Notes: a model not told the origin generated them from the sequence alone. Counted from the first letter of the stretch, positions 31,564 to 45,460 are shown. The stretch is DNA of 64,000 bases from Cercozoa sp. M6MM (GCA_040357565.1 JBDODJ010000006.1); one strand, 5' to 3'. Numbers and translations: made by a program.

Positions 31564-31960
31564 GTACGGATAGATGCCCAATTATGGGAGGTCCGTTCAA
31601 CTCCTTTGAGGGAGGTTTCGTAATTTATTTATTGACTCGACCCGCAGGCTTCTAAAACACTATTTAGAAGGAGTTCATTGGCCACTGTGACGCCCAGACT
31701 TTGACGCGGAGCGGAGAGTCGCCACGCTTCAACGCAACCGAAAGTGCTTGTACTTGTAGTTAGTTCCGTCAACTAAGAAACCAACTATGTAGTTCCCCTG
31801 TACCAGTCCTGAGGTGGGTCACAAGCGCATGGCCGTAGTCCACCGCCCGCTTAGGGCGAGGCCATCCAACTCCCCCTTTGAAGTTCCCCAGGACATCTTC
31901 TTCAAGGTTCGGTTGGTACGAACGCGACGAGTGAGCGAGGACGCGTCGGTGCCGTGGCCA
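31564..31960 (-). mobile_element. Putative LTR-retroelement relic A (internal 3' end, polypurine tract, ~300-bp LTR)
   Basis: On the minus strand AAAGGGGGAG is followed by TTGGATGGCC, then gaactaacta and AATAAATAAA, ending GGGCATCTA. Colinear similarity to 43075-43383. Confidence 0.35.
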
Positions 31961-31961
31961 A

Positions 31962-32926
31962 CTACTGTTTTCGCAGCATCGATTGGAATTGCTCCAGAAA
32001 CACGAACGTTCCGACTGTATGAGGACACTGTGCACACACCGACACGTGACACGAGCGACAATAAGAGTGAGCAGTATCAATACCACTCGCATGTAATGAC
32101 CCCAGAAACCCTTGTAAAATCCGCGAACGCCCTCCGCTCTGCAGGACCAAACGATAATGTCGATACGCGCGACGTGTTTGGCGTGTTAGGGAACAAGCAA
32201 ACATACCTGTAGACCTTCGTCATACAGTCAAGCACGGAGTTGTAGCGATTGCTACTGCTGGACTGATTGTATAGTCTTGTGGCGACCACATCCTACAGAC
32301 AGCAACAAAATCGACAGCACGGCAAGCAAATCAGGAGGAAGAGGTTAACCGGAGGGTTCATCGCAATCGCGACAGCAAAACCAGAAATCAAGGAAGCAGC
32401 CTACAACAACCACAGCAGACCTTAATTCCATGTGAAATCGGTACAACGGTATAAACTGTACCAGGTGCGTCCTGCTATCTTGCAAGCACCAACCGAGCGA
32501 GTGGTGCAACAAATCGCGTTTGGCAGTGTCGTACGACGCCAACTGCGTGGCAGAGCCGACCATCACACGCACTGCGCAAGAGAAAAGACATACCTCAGGC
32601 CAGGCTTTTGTGAATTTCAAGAGCACCTATGCCAGCGGAAGCGCCACGAAAGAACCCAAGAATGCCTTCTTTGGTGTAGATCCGCCGGACCGCATCGCTC
32701 AATCCCTCTGTAAGAAACCACACAGGTCACTGTATGTTTTGCTCAAACCAAAACGTATATTTACTGTAATTGTGTTGATCGCCGACTTGCAGGTTTGAGT
32801 GAGAGGCGACTTGCAAGCGCACCTTGAGCAGGAAGAAAGGCGAGCCGAAAAGTGCTCCAATACCACCGCTCACGGCACCAGCAAACAATCGGTGCGGTAA
32901 GTTCTGTAAGACACAATTTTTCAGGG

Positions 32927-32971
<45 letters not shown>

Positions 32972-33073
32972 NNNNNNNNNNNNNNNNNNNNNNNNNNNNN
33001 NNNNNNNNNNNNNNNNNNNNNNNNNNNNNNNNNNNNNNNNNNNNNNNNNNNNNNNNNNNNNNNNNNNNNNNAG

Positions 33074-33137
<64 letters not shown>

Positions 33138-33797
33138 AACACATGCACACACACTTAAGTAAATGCGAACACCACGACATGCATGGCCACGTGTCTTCAT
33201 ACCTGATTGTCGCCAATGAGAGCAGGATAGACACTCAAACGAGTGCCATTCATTGCGATCTGGTACATCATCGCAGGGCCAATTCCTTGTTGAACACTTC
33301 TGAACCCTTCGCGCTTGATCTACAAGGCAACGTGCTTGAGCACACACTGCGAACTGACGATGAAATAATACGATGCTAGCCATCGCCTGCAATGGGTTAC
33401 GGAACACTTTGCTTCCTGCGCCAAGCTCTCCCTGCACAACGAAACGCATACGCGTACATACTGCTGTGTATTTGTGGTGTACTTTACGTGTATTTGCCAT
33501 AGAGCCGAGACATACACGCAAAGTGTACCTGTAGTTGCATTCGGGACTTGACGACCTCAAACGGGTTCGAGAAAACCGTTGCACAGCATGTTGCACCTAA
33601 AATTTACAGGTGTCAATCCAGATACTGCGCACTAACCTTCGGTCAAGCGTGGTACCAGCGCCAGCGACAAACTGCTTCAAAGGAGGGAGCTGCTACAAAA
33701 CAAATAATCATTGAAAACACAAAAAATAACACAATAGTCAACAAAAAAAAAACAACAGCCAAGCGACGGAGTTTAGCATCCGCACCTGCTCAGGCAT
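31962..33797 (-). CDS. OAC1: Mitochondrial carrier, OAC1/SLC25A34-35-like
   Basis: Three carrier signatures: NPFEVVKSRMQLQGEL, SPFFLLKVRLQ and NPPDVVATRLYNQ. Also YQIAMNGTRL, RVMVGSATQLASYD, FYKGFWGHYMRV and PHTVGTFVFLEQ. Confidence 0.92.
32927..33152. repeat. (CA)n with 100-N gap, intronic
   Basis: Directly visible. Confidence 0.95.
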
Positions 33798-33937
33798 GCA
33801 GTTATTTCTTGGGCACACTGAATCCAATGTGCTCACGTGCAACAGTAAATCAGTCAAGTGACAATGATCGCCAAACGACGATGAGCAAAGTGCGATTTTT
33901 AGAAAAGTTTCAACCAGGGCCGCAACTCAAAGCTAAA

Positions 33938-34613
33938 TTAAGACTCAAGCTCCTGTATCCTGGTCTCCTCCTCACTGGCGTCGCGGATCTGCTGCTCCGG
34001 AAGCGTGCAGGCGACCTTGCGGGGCTCCTTGCTCTTGGTGAGCGGACACTGCATGTGCCGCCAACTGATCGGGACCATCTGCTCGCCCGTGGCGGCCGAA
34101 CGGGCTAGCAGCACGCCGAGCTCGTTGGCGGCGGTCGAGAGGTAGTAGTTGCGCTGATTGCCGAGTGAGATCACCTTGGCGCGGATTACATCACCGGGCA
34201 CAAAGCACTCGTGCATCTCCACGGCATCGACATCCGTCTGCCGCACGTCGTGCTGGCGTACCATGCCGACAAATGTTTCTCGAAGTGACTCGTCGCCAAC
34301 GCACAGCTATCACACAAAAAGACAGACATGCCACTCCTGGGAACAGCGAGTAGTAAAAGCGAAAGACTACAATCTCAGCATGCGCAGCTCGTTCACCAAT
34401 TTTGGTGATGCGCGCCAGCACCGTGTCACCTACTGCCGGAGTACGCTGCACCTGCTTCCTGGCGAGTACTTTGATTTCACCTTCAGCGCACACCTGGCGG
34501 CCCAACACACCTGCGAAAATGTGCCCGCTTCGTTTAAAGGTGCCCACTCCTGCCTGGAATTCGTCCACTGAGCCGAGTCGCTCACCTGGTGTCACCACTT
34601 GCAGAGCTTCCAT
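33938..34613 (-). CDS. CSL4: Exosome complex component CSL4/EXOSC1
   Basis: VVTPGERLG, PAVGDTVLARITKI, GMVRQHDVR, FVPGDVIRAKVISLG..YYLSTAANELGV and MVPISW..CP..EPRKVA. Confidence 0.96.
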
Positions 34614-34804
34614 TATTTATCACGCGCACGCGACTGCACACACTGATAACAACGCTAGCGCTCTCGGCTTCTTGATTTTTTTCTTTTTTATTTTTTGGCG
34701 GTCGGCGTGCCGGTTTCAGCGAAAACAATGCCCCACACTAAGTTTTTAGGTTTTACCGCCTGCGGAGTTAACACAAGTAACCACAAGCACACGTTTGGGC
34801 ACAG

Positions 34805-36359
34805 ATGGAGGAACGTGCTCGAGTTTTGAGCTCTCGGTACTATTTTCTTTCTCGTTCATGTTGTGCGAGAAGTGGCGGACACCATGTTCAGTCTGCGGGA
34901 AGCAGTCGAAGCAAATCGGCTCGTGACGGCAAAGCAAATGCTCACTTTGATGAAGGATTTATCCGTGTCAATCGACTTGCTGAAGGCGACGTCTGTCGGC
35001 AAGCAAGTCAATGCCTTAAGACAAAAGGTTCCAGAACTCAAAGCTGACTGCGACGTCCTACTTCGACAGGTACTTTCATCAAAACCACGCTGAGCCAAAT
35101 TCACCATTTTAATTCTTTAGTGGCGCGACATGGCGAAGAAAGAGCGCGCAAATCCGCAGAAAGCGAAAAAGCCTCCATCAAAAATAAAAACAGTGTCCAA
35201 AACTGATACAACTCGCGGTAATATACGTTACGTTGCTTTACCTCATAACCTCCTCCATAAATTTTTCTACAGAAGGAGAACCCTGGCCTTTGCGGACCGA
35301 ATGGCTTCCGGGCACGGATATTTCGCGCCTGCGGAGTGCGAAAGCGCGAGGACTTCCCGAGAAGTTCATTTCGCGCAAGCAGTAAGCTTTGTGTGTCATT
35401 CAACACTGAGAAACGTGTAATGTTTCATTCACTTCTTTTGTGATAATGCGTAGCGGTGTTCCCACTTTGCAAACTCTCTGCATTCGTGCGGTGAAGCCTT
35501 TAGCACATGCGGTTGTGCGACTGCCGTTTCGACTGCACGATGAGCATGTATTTGCCTCTACTCTGCCTGTCTGTTCGAACTATACCGTACTACAAAACAG
35601 GTCTCATCGGTGTTTTCTGACGTGGATTGCGGCCGACTGCTCAAGCTGGCTGACAAGAACCGTACCACTTTATGCTGTTTTCGTTGTGTTCACTGATTTC
35701 AAAAGTGCAGCACACTTGCTCGACGGCCTTGAGCCTATTTTCGAGCGAGGCAGTAGACGCAAGTTTTCTTCTGCAGTTGCCGGCAAAGGCACTCCACTTT
35801 CGATTGACTTCTTTTTCTAGTTTACTGAATCGAGTGCGCAGAGGCGTCGCAGACTTGGCGCGAGTTCTACCGCAGCCAGTCTCGAATGCAGTCTGCCATG
35901 GCCCGAATGGCCAATGCCCACTTGCGAAAAAAGAAGCTCGCCAATGCAAGCATCCGAAAGAAGATGACAACGATACAGACACTCGATATCGACGCAGCTC
36001 CTGTGAAACGAGCCCGGAAAAAGACTAATCCACTGGTACGAAGCTTTGTGCATTCAAACTGAGAATTTTGACGTTGTTTTGTTGTTTGAACAGTCCAAAA
36101 AGGCTGCAAACACGAAACTAGGAGCGCAGTTGCAGCAGATTGTACGCGAGCAGAAAACACACCGTCCTGTTGTCAACGAGGAAAGAAGAAGGGTATCCGT
36201 GCTGTACTGCGTATCGATACTTGCGTATCGATACTTGCTTGTTATTTGGATTAGAGAGCACTAGCAGCAAAGTCGAAAGCGGCGACCCAGCGCGCCGTGG
36301 CTTCGTTTGCCGCGCAGCTCGAAAGATCTGTTCGCAAGAGCGTGGGTGGGGCCAAGTGA
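34805..36359 (+). CDS. ELOA: Elongin A-like transcription elongation factor (TFIIS-N domain + BC box)
   Basis: VSIDLLKATSVGKQVNALRQ..LLRQWR (TFIIS N-terminal domain) and VPTLQTLCIRAV (BC box). Confidence 0.75.
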
Positions 36360-36644
36360 CGGTCGTGTCTCAAATCCTGCCACGTCCGCGTTCGGTTGCT
36401 TTCGCTCACGCGATACGATAGCGATAGATACGATATTCAAGTGTAACTCAACTGTTTTATTTTCGTTTAACCAACGTGGCCTGTATGATCATGATCAACG
36501 CGATGTACTCCGCTGTACGATCTGCGCTGCCGCGCCGGCCAACTCAGGTAGTACCCAACCTCGCCGCTCGGCTACCGTACTAGTACGCGACGTCCGATGT
36601 ATCTATACCGTCGCACCGGTACCACACGTTCAGCCACCCACACG

Positions 36645-37400
36645 CTATTTGCGGCGGCGACGCAGCTTCTTATCCTTGTTGGAAGTCTTTGGCACGGGCG
36701 ATTGCCCCTTTTCAATGCGCTTTTTGATCATACGTGCTTGCTGGAAGAGCACCGACAGCATACGGAAACTCGGCAATGCCGTGGCCTGCCAACAACAAAC
36801 TAGAGGATACACGACAACAAGCTCAAGCGCAAAGTACCACAGTTGCACCGCACGTCAGAGCGACAGCCAGCAGCCAAACAGACGAAACGCCCGTTAGTGG
36901 ATGTTCACCCGCCCATGCGGCAAATGCACGCAAAACGAAGGCAGAAGCCACAGAGAATACCGCCGTCAGGTGAACTACAAGAACGTAAGTGTCTCTGTGA
37001 ATCTCGACAAAAGCGAGTTTTGCCGATATTAGCTAGCGGTTACCCAAAAGAACACCCACGCTGCGGAAAAAGACGCCAGCGACACCGACAACTGAGACAA
37101 CGCATAGAGCGACGACAAAACCGACACTCAGAAGCGGCCGCGCACCCAACACTGAGCAGCAGAGAAGGTAGAATTGAGTGGGGTGGGAGAATGCATATGT
37201 CGGAAGCGCACAAGAAGGCAAGTCATCCGTTTGGAAGGCGAGAAACGCTGCGAGCGCGAGTGTGAACAGACCCAAAAGACTGCAAACATGGACGCATCAC
37301 GCAGGGAATACAGACAAAGAAAAAAAAGTGTAAAATTACAGCTGCATACGTGCTAGCCCGGCGATGGCATTTCTGGATTGTGCTGCAACCTGATGGTGGG
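36645..37400 (-). CDS. Hypothetical small multi-pass (about 4 TM) membrane protein with basic C-tail
   Basis: Spliced hydrophobic segments LLGLFTLALAAFLAF, GFVVALCVVSVVGVAGVFF, TAVFSVASAFVL and WYFALELVVVYPLV. Start not resolved. Confidence 0.45.
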
Positions 37401-37684
37401 CAACGACCTTTTGTCGGAACTTATAATCTTCCCTGCAGGATTATTATAAATAAGTTTGTCCTGCGCAACAAGAGCCAGAAGCAAAAAGTGACAAGTCGCA
37501 TGAAAATGCTACCCCGAGTGTGACATAACGATACTTTATCCGAATAAGTGCGTTCGCAGATCGATTTACGTTGGCAGCCGACTGTACGCCCCCCACGATG
37601 TTGACCGTAGCCAGCACTTTTCAGCCAAAATAATCGATCGTCTCGCACAGCGGTTTACGGGCTTGTTGATAGTGCCGGTGCTAG

Positions 37685-40600
37685 ATGGCGTCAGGCACTG
37701 CGGCGCATGGGAGTCTCCCTCCGACGCCATCGAGTGTATTTTTCAGATGCTCTTTCGCTTGTCGAAATCGAGATTGAGTCCAGTACCTTGCATATGTGCT
37801 TTAGACGATGAACCTCGTCGATTCGACGCTAGGTTATGGTGCTCCGGATCACTGGCAGGTACTGTAACCTCTATCTGTTGTATGCATCGCTCCAAATATA
37901 CACATACACCAGATTCGCCGGTGGACGAAGGTGGAGTGGAAATGGTTCATGCGTCGCTCACTGCCCGTGCTGCTGGGTCTTGTGATGTTCCTCATCTTCC
38001 AAATTCGGCAGGTACCAGTGCAACATTTCTAAGTGTCCCAGCAGAGGGAGCTCCCTCTGTGCGCAGGGCGTATTAAAGAACGAGGTCGACAGGTGTGTCT
38101 ACGAGGAGGTGCAGCACACGTACACCGAGGTCGATCGGTCGCTTCTCGAGTTGACCGAGTACGCACCCTTAACACCAAACAAATTCCGTCTGCTGGTACG
38201 TTTTTTTTTTTAAAGTGCCTACTTGCGGTTGGGTATTATATCTATCTATCGTTAATTCCGCAGCAAGTGGACCAAGAATTGACACTGGACGATGCCGCTG
38301 CCCATATTAATGTCGTTCTGTTCGTGCACGGCAACCGTGGTCATTTCACGCACGTGCAACACATCGCCAAGGTAGTTATGCAGTTTACGTTTATGTATTA
38401 AGTGTAGCTGGGTGAGTGTAGGATATCCAAGAGGCACAAGGCGGACTATACGCCAACAGCACACTTTTCTTCAGTTGCGATATGAATGGCGAGCCGTCTG
38501 CTTGGAGTGGTACTTTTCAACCTAAAGGTGGTGCATGTCTAGTTTGGTTTATGATTCTTGTGTCCTTATCTACGACACCCCTGCAGGCATATTCATTCGT
38601 CGCCAGGCAGCCTATGTTGCAGCTGCCGCTCGCTACATTGCCGACTACATGCAGGAACAAGGCTTCCAAGACCGCTGGTCGCTGCTGCTGCTGGCGCACT
38701 CGATGGGTGGCCGCTCCTCCGCCTTCGCACTGGCGCAGGTGTCTCCCTTTATGCATGAACCACTCACATTGTTACACTCACGGTGTAGGAACATTTCCCA
38801 CGTGCCCAACTGCACACGATTTTGACGGTTGCGTCGCCGCTTCGTGTTCCTGTAAGCCATCTGTGCCTGTGCCTGTGCCTGTGTGTTCAATGTACTCTTG
38901 TATAGGTGGTCAACACGGACTACGTTATGCACCACGACACCAAGAGGGCTGATCGATACTGGAGTCGCGAGTTTCGGTATACCCCATGGCTAGGGAAGCT
39001 GTACCATCCACACATGTTGTTTGGACCTGTCTGAACAGCACCCCAGGCGAGTTGTCGCACGTTAACCTCGTTTCGGTGAGTGGCGGACGACTTGACTTTG
39101 TCGACGCGAGCTGGGTCCGTCTGAACGACATGCGTGTGCCTCAGTCGCACCGTGTGCAAGGTACTTGGGTCACATCACTTACGTATTCATTTGTGACTCG
39201 TGTGTACTCATCGGTGCTGGACCTGGACAGGCTTGACACGTGCGATTCCGCGAGTGGCGCAGTCGGTCGAGCACCAGGCCATGATGGAGTGCTCGCAACT
39301 GGTACATTTGTGACACCTCATGTCGATGCAACCTCCAAATGGACCGCGTTTGGTCAGACGCGAGTACTCGCAGATGCGGCGACAGGGGTGTTCGGCATTT
39401 TGCGCAGCAAGCAAAACGACTCAATTGAGACAACTGACATGCTCTACCAGTCACGGTGTGCAATCACTGACTCCATGTGTTCCCATCTCACTCGCATGAT
39501 GACTGTAGAAAGGAAACATTGGAGGCATGGCGCTCTGTGATTAATTTCGATCACGCTGAGGACGATGCGATCACGGTTGCGCCGCACCGTGGTACCGCCA
39601 AATGATTTCCACATTGTGCCATCTGTGATATCGCATGGCACTATGTCACACAGGTATCTTCGACGAGGAGCCGTCGACGGCACCATTCGAACTCGACATG
39701 TCCAAGTACATCGTGTCTACTTATCTCATACAGTGCATGCTGTGTGCAAACAACTGTGTCTATCCCTACAGGTACGCACTCGTGCAGACGCAGTGGGTCG
39801 ACGGTGCTCACAGCTGGGTTGGTTTCCATACTGTCACCTGCCTATGCGACTCGACTGACTGTTAACATTGTAGAGAAACGCTCGCTTTGACGTGTCGCTG
39901 ACCAAGGCAGCGCGCGATAAACTCAAGTCGGGCAAGCTCTCGCTTATTCTCGTTCGGTGCACTTTTTTTAACAGTCAATTTAGTATTAATACACTGACTA
40001 CTTACTGGGCTCCAATGGTTGTAGATCCGCGGATGCGAACCGAGATGACTCGTTCGACCAGTACATTCCCACGCGCATACACATCGGCGCATCCAGTCTG
40101 TGCCATGTGACATAGGTCTGTCGATGCACTCTGGGAGAACGCAAACATGGCAGACGAGTCCTTTGGTGCTTTGTGCTTTTATTTCAGGTGCAATGTGTAC
40201 ATGCAATGTGTGTGTACACGTGGTATGAGACAACAGGACTGACGATCTACCTGGCTGCCAATACTCATTGGCGCACCCAAGTTTACGTGCTGCGGTGCCC
40301 TGTCCTTGTGTGTGTGTGTGTGTGTGTCTGTGTGTGTGTCTGTGTGTGTGTGTCTGTGTGTCTGTGTGTGTGTGTGTGTGTGTATGTCTGCGACTGCAGA
40401 AGCGAACTGGATGCAGCCAAAGATGACGATCTAGCCATTGCTGAAGTCACGCACTTTGATTCGCTTGTTTTGAGGTACCACTCGACTGCTGCACTCAACT
40501 AAACTTAACTGGACTCAACTGTGTTCGACTTTGTCTGTCCTCTGTGCTGCGCAGCATGTACGCCGATATGTCAATGTTGGTCCAACTTGCGATTATCGAG

Positions 40601-41051
40601 CTGCTTCTTGTCGTTGGCGTCGTTTTCTCGTACGTTAACAATCGAGTTTTGCGAGGTGTCAGCTAATTTTTGTTTTTGTGGCGTCGCAGGGATCACCACC
40701 GATTCGGTGAGCACTCGTTCGCCGGTCTGCTCAGCAACGACCCCGGTCTTTTCAAGGCGGTACTTAAACTTTTGTGCTCTTTCCATATACTTCTCATCTG
40801 AAATGTGCGCAGACACTCGCTTTTGCGGGAATCGCTGTTTTCACGCTGCTTCCGGTAACTCATATGTGTTTGTGGATAGAGGATGCGGGTGAATGTGCTT
40901 TGCCTGTGTGTCAGTAGAGGGACACGCGAACGGACGGTCAGCGCTTTGCGATGTGGTGCATCTCCTTCATCTTCCTGTGGATCGTGGCGGCTGGTCTCGT
41001 GGTCTGCGATGCTCTCATGCGTCTTCTGGTACACCCCCTCCAGCGTTGAGA

Positions 41052-41098
<47 letters not shown>

Positions 41099-41198
41099 NN
41101 NNNNNNNNNNNNNNNNNNNNNNNNNNNNNNNNNNNNNNNNNNNNNNNNNNNNNNNNNNNNNNNNNNNNNNNNNNNNNNNNNNNNNNNNNNNNNNNNNN

Positions 41199-41245
<47 letters not shown>

Positions 41246-42324
41246 TGATGAAACGAGTAGGCGATCGGAGTGGCTCGTTTCCTATGTGCTGAGAACAAGT
41301 ATCATTGTCTAACAATGGTCTACAGATGTGTATGATTGATGCCTGTGTACTGATGTGCAGAGTGAGCCGATCGGTGTTCCGTGTCATGCGCTGGCTCGTG
41401 TCGACGCGTCGTCCGCCCGAGCCGCTGCCTCTGCTGCTAGCGTTGGTATTCTGTATTGGGACCTCTGGGGATTAGTTGGTATCATAGTTCACCAGGAGTA
41501 CCTGCCCAGATCTCGCTGTTTGTGGAGCCGCTGTCGCTGTACTTGTTCGCGGTGGTGCTGTTCGGCATCTTCTCGCTCACGCGCGTCGCTGTAGATCGGT
41601 ACCACGGTTTCGACCACGGCATGCAGCAACTGCGTCTCACGGTGAGCAACGTGTGCTTCCCGCTGGCGATTGCGTTCCTGCCTTTCGTGCTACCGTCGGA
41701 CGCATCGTTGCACAAGCTGTCGCAGGGCGGCTGGGGTGGCATGGTCGTGATCCGACTGCTGTTCGCCGTGTGGCTCTGGCTGCTGCACTACGCCACGCAC
41801 TCCTTCGTCGACATGTGTCAAGCTGTACCATCGCCTCTGTCTCCTCTCTGCTGACTCTCTATCGCGCTTTCTATAGCGGCATGTCACGCCACTGCACGGC
41901 AAGATCGTCGTTGTTGTTGCCGTGGTCGGCGCCGTGCTGCCTGTCATGGTTTCTGCGGTACCCGTGTCATTAGTGATCAACTTGTTCCAGACCTTTATGT
42001 TCGACTTGCAGGCTGATCTGTCGGCAATACCGGGAATCTATGTCATACTGTTGCTGTCCATGGTACGCACACCTTGTGTGTTATGTGTACCGTTGTGCTT
42101 TGATGAGGGCTTTTTCTCAGCTCATTCCGGAGTTGAGTCATTTCGTGGCAGCCAGGCGTAGCGGCGAGCCGATGAAACGCGCCGAGCGTGTCAGTCGCAT
42201 GTCGCTCGCTGCCTGCGAGCCCGACGAGCTGACGCGCGTGCCACTCGACCGACTCGACGAGAACGGCGAAGAGGATGGTATGCTCGGCGATGTATCGCCC
42301 ATCTCTCGTAGGAATAACCGGTAG
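37685..42324 (+). CDS. PGAP1: GPI inositol-deacylase PGAP1/BST1-like
   Basis: N-terminal TM, then VVLFVHGNRG, MNGEPSAWSG..RQAAYV, the lipase elbow LLAHSMGG and VSVSGGRLD, followed by a multi-TM C-terminus. Confidence 0.85.
41054..41243. repeat. (TG)n with 100-N gap, intronic
   Basis: Directly visible. Confidence 0.95.
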
Positions 42325-43074
42325 CACTCCCTTCCTCTCTGAGTATCTTTGCGTCGAGAGATTGAAAATTCCACGTTGCGTGTAGTGTACCTGAAACCTA
42401 CAACTCGGAGCCAGATGAGGAGCCATGAGCTGTGTGATCTGACCCACCTTGACTTCTCAGCCGCCTCAGATATGCGCGGGATGTCGGTGCGTCGCACGCG
42501 CACTTCGCGCACTCGCGGACTGTATTAACGGAACTGTACATCCGGCGCATTTTCGGATCGCTGGCGTTGTTGCGTTTGCTGAATTTGTTTTCGTTTGAGA
42601 ACAACCCACCGCCAGCAGTGTCACACACTGACTGTCAAGCGCTGTCTGTACGGCTGGTATTGATACGGTATGGAAACCAGTACGGTAACTGGTATTGAAG
42701 ACGACCTTCGCTTGTAGAAAGGTCGTCGAAAGCTCGAAGGCTTGTTGAAGGCAATTAAATAAGAACAGCCCAAGCACTGTCACGGCAGAACGTATCAAGT
42801 GCGAAGGGACAAGAGCTCCGTAGAAGGAAGCTGTAGAAAGCTTGACCCAAGCTAAGAAGTCAGGTCTGCACTACACTTGACAATGCAAGGGAGAAACCTC
42901 AGGATGTAATGCAGGAGATACCTAGCAAAACAAATCCTTCACTCTTAACCATAATGGTTCAGATTTGATCGCCCGCGCTGACGAGTAGTCAGATGACAAC
43001 TTGCTTGAGAAACTCTCTGCCGAGGAGCGACAGGCGACGAGACGACTCAACGGACGACAACGAGATAACGAGAC

Positions 43075-43383
43075 GCCAACGCCGACTCCTTCTACAGCCC
43101 GCTACCTGTACCAACCTTGAAAATATGGATGTCAAAAGAGGAGTTGGATGGCCCCCACCCGACGTTGGTTTTGTAGACTGAACTAACTAGCTCACGTGTG
43201 GTGACGAATTTGCATTGATTCAACTAGCGCTAGCGTAGCCGCGCAGCACAGCGCGCAAGTAGTTACTGTGGCTTCAGTTCCTTTCTACGTCCTCCGTACG
43301 TACTCGCTTGATTCTGTTCGCATACGACAGTTCCTGATAAATGATAAAACGAAACTGCCGACTGAAACAGTATCATACCGTAC
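43075..43383 (+). mobile_element. Putative LTR-retroelement relic B
   Basis: aaccttgaa..AAAAGAGGAG TTGGATGGCC..gaactaacta..acgaaac..ccgtac, colinear with relic A. A stop-riddled frame lies upstream (~42700-43100). Confidence 0.3.
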
Positions 43384-43386
43384 CTT

Positions 43387-44137
43387 CTAGCACGAGAAAT
43401 TGGGTATCGATGTCGACTCGGAGTTTGAGTTCGAATTCATGTGCACGAAGTCAAACACGTCATCGGAGGTGCAACTGGAAGCATCACCGCTCTCGACGAC
43501 AGGACTGAGCAACCCGGCAAGTTCCGGCATCGATTCCGCGTTTTCTCTGCAACCAGTAGACACATGTGGGCATTTGAACTGGTGTGAAAGAGAAAACTAC
43601 GAAAAGCGAAACAGAGAACGAGAAAGCATTTCCGATGGTGCGCTGATCGCAGGGGGAGGCGGCACTTGCACATTCAACAACGACAGTCCTTGTGCTTGCT
43701 TTTCTTTATCGCTCCGGCTGGTGTCTTGTTCACTTCGGCTATTGCGGCTCGGTGTTAGCCCACAGAACTGCCGACGCAACAGCATTTTAAGCTTGTGACA
43801 CCGAGAAAAGCTGCACGTGAATTAGACAGGGTACTGTACCATTTGGAATGCATCGGGCATTGAGTCGCGAGAGAGGTGAAACCTAAATTTACACAACGAG
43901 TAAATTGTGGGGGGGACTGAGGGAGAACGGAACTTTTCCAGAGGCGAAACGAACCGTGCATCGCGGCACAAGCTGTCAAACGCGGGCTGCGACTGTTGTA
44001 GTACAATGGGAGTGTCGACCTTGCCTGGTACAACGGTTTCATCGAGAGTGATAGGTAGCTCCAGGATCGACAGAGGGTTGAGCTGCTGAGTGAACGCCGT
44101 TCGAGAGGTGCTGCCGAATTGGGCAATACAACGATCC

Positions 44138-44184
<47 letters not shown>

Positions 44185-45460
44185 CTGCTCTGAGAACTAA
44201 AAACGTGTACGTAAGCGAAGGCAGTGAGAGCGAAGAGTTCGAACATGAAGACGATGCGCGCGATGACTTGGCCGACTTGCTGCCGTACTGACGTTGTGGT
44301 GGCAGCACCGGAAGTTTGAGAGTCTGCTGACCTGGAGTGGCAGGCGGTGCCGACTTTGCGACACGTCGACGCTTCTTCTCAGGCTCGGCGCTGGTACCAC
44401 CTGACAACATCCACTATGCTTAACACAAAGACCACAGACAACCACAGTGTGAATTTACTGTCTTCGCGACTCAGTTCTGGAGCCTCAGTGTTGCCTGTGC
44501 TGCGCAAGATCTCGGCGGCTTCCTATGTCAAGCATTGAAGTGAAAGAAAGGAAGCTTGCAGTGACAAGCACAGCAAGTGTACCGGAATGGCCTGTCTGTC
44601 GACCTTGATGCCGCATGTGGTCCAGCTGCGACCGCTGTTAGAGTACTCGCGCACCTCGTGCTCAGGGAAAGCGGTGACCTCGCCAGCGTAGGAGAAAAAG
44701 TCGGCCAATACGGCATCAACGTTAAGAGGACCATTGTGTGAGCAGCAGTGTTCGCTCCAGTTTCCGTTCTCGTCTCGCCACAAAATTAACATCGTCGAGT
44801 TCGTCGAGTACACGAGCTCCAGCACTTTCTTCAGCATGCCGATGCGCCGTCTGGAAAACGTCGTCTTTCGTTGGTAGTCATTCTCCACGTAGTCCTCTAA
44901 GCAAGTTTACTCCTCTGCTATCTTACCATAAATTATATTGAGATAGCCTAGGCACCTTGCGACAGAGTGTGCCTTTTTCTTTTGAAGGCTTTGCGATCTT
45001 GCGTGCGCTTGTTCGATGCACGCCTTCCACCCTGAACAGTGCAAAACAGCTTCCAACCACTCTCGTGACGCTCATGATGCGACCTTCAACGCAAGCACAA
45101 CCTTTGAGTTCGAGCGCTGTTGCGTGGGTTTCTCGTCGTCGCTCGGCGGGTCTCCGATCTCGTCCACGTTCACAGCAGCAGTTGCCAGAACTGAAAAAAC
45201 TGAAAATTTGGCAAATCTAGATCAAAAGTCGGATACGCTCGTTGAGGTGGTCTGCCGAACCGACGCCTGGAAGAGACAGAAAAGGCGTAGATTTTCCAGT
45301 CCGACTCGAACCAAACATCGCTCGTCTGCAATACGCATCATCGTCATCACGTGGCGATTTTGAAAACAGAGAAAGCAGAGTGCACAAACTGAAGCGATTC
45401 GACGAAAGCGTCAAAGCCCTCAACGAGAACGAGTCGTCGAAGGTGAGAACGCACGGGCCA
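43387..45460 (-). CDS. SRF-type MADS-box transcription factor; 5' end uncertain, may extend to ~45700
   Basis: Spliced RKAFKRKRHTLSQ|EDYVENDYQRKTTFSRRRIGMLKKVLELVYSTNSTMLILWRDENG. S/P-rich C-terminus with stop at 43387. Confidence 0.85.
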
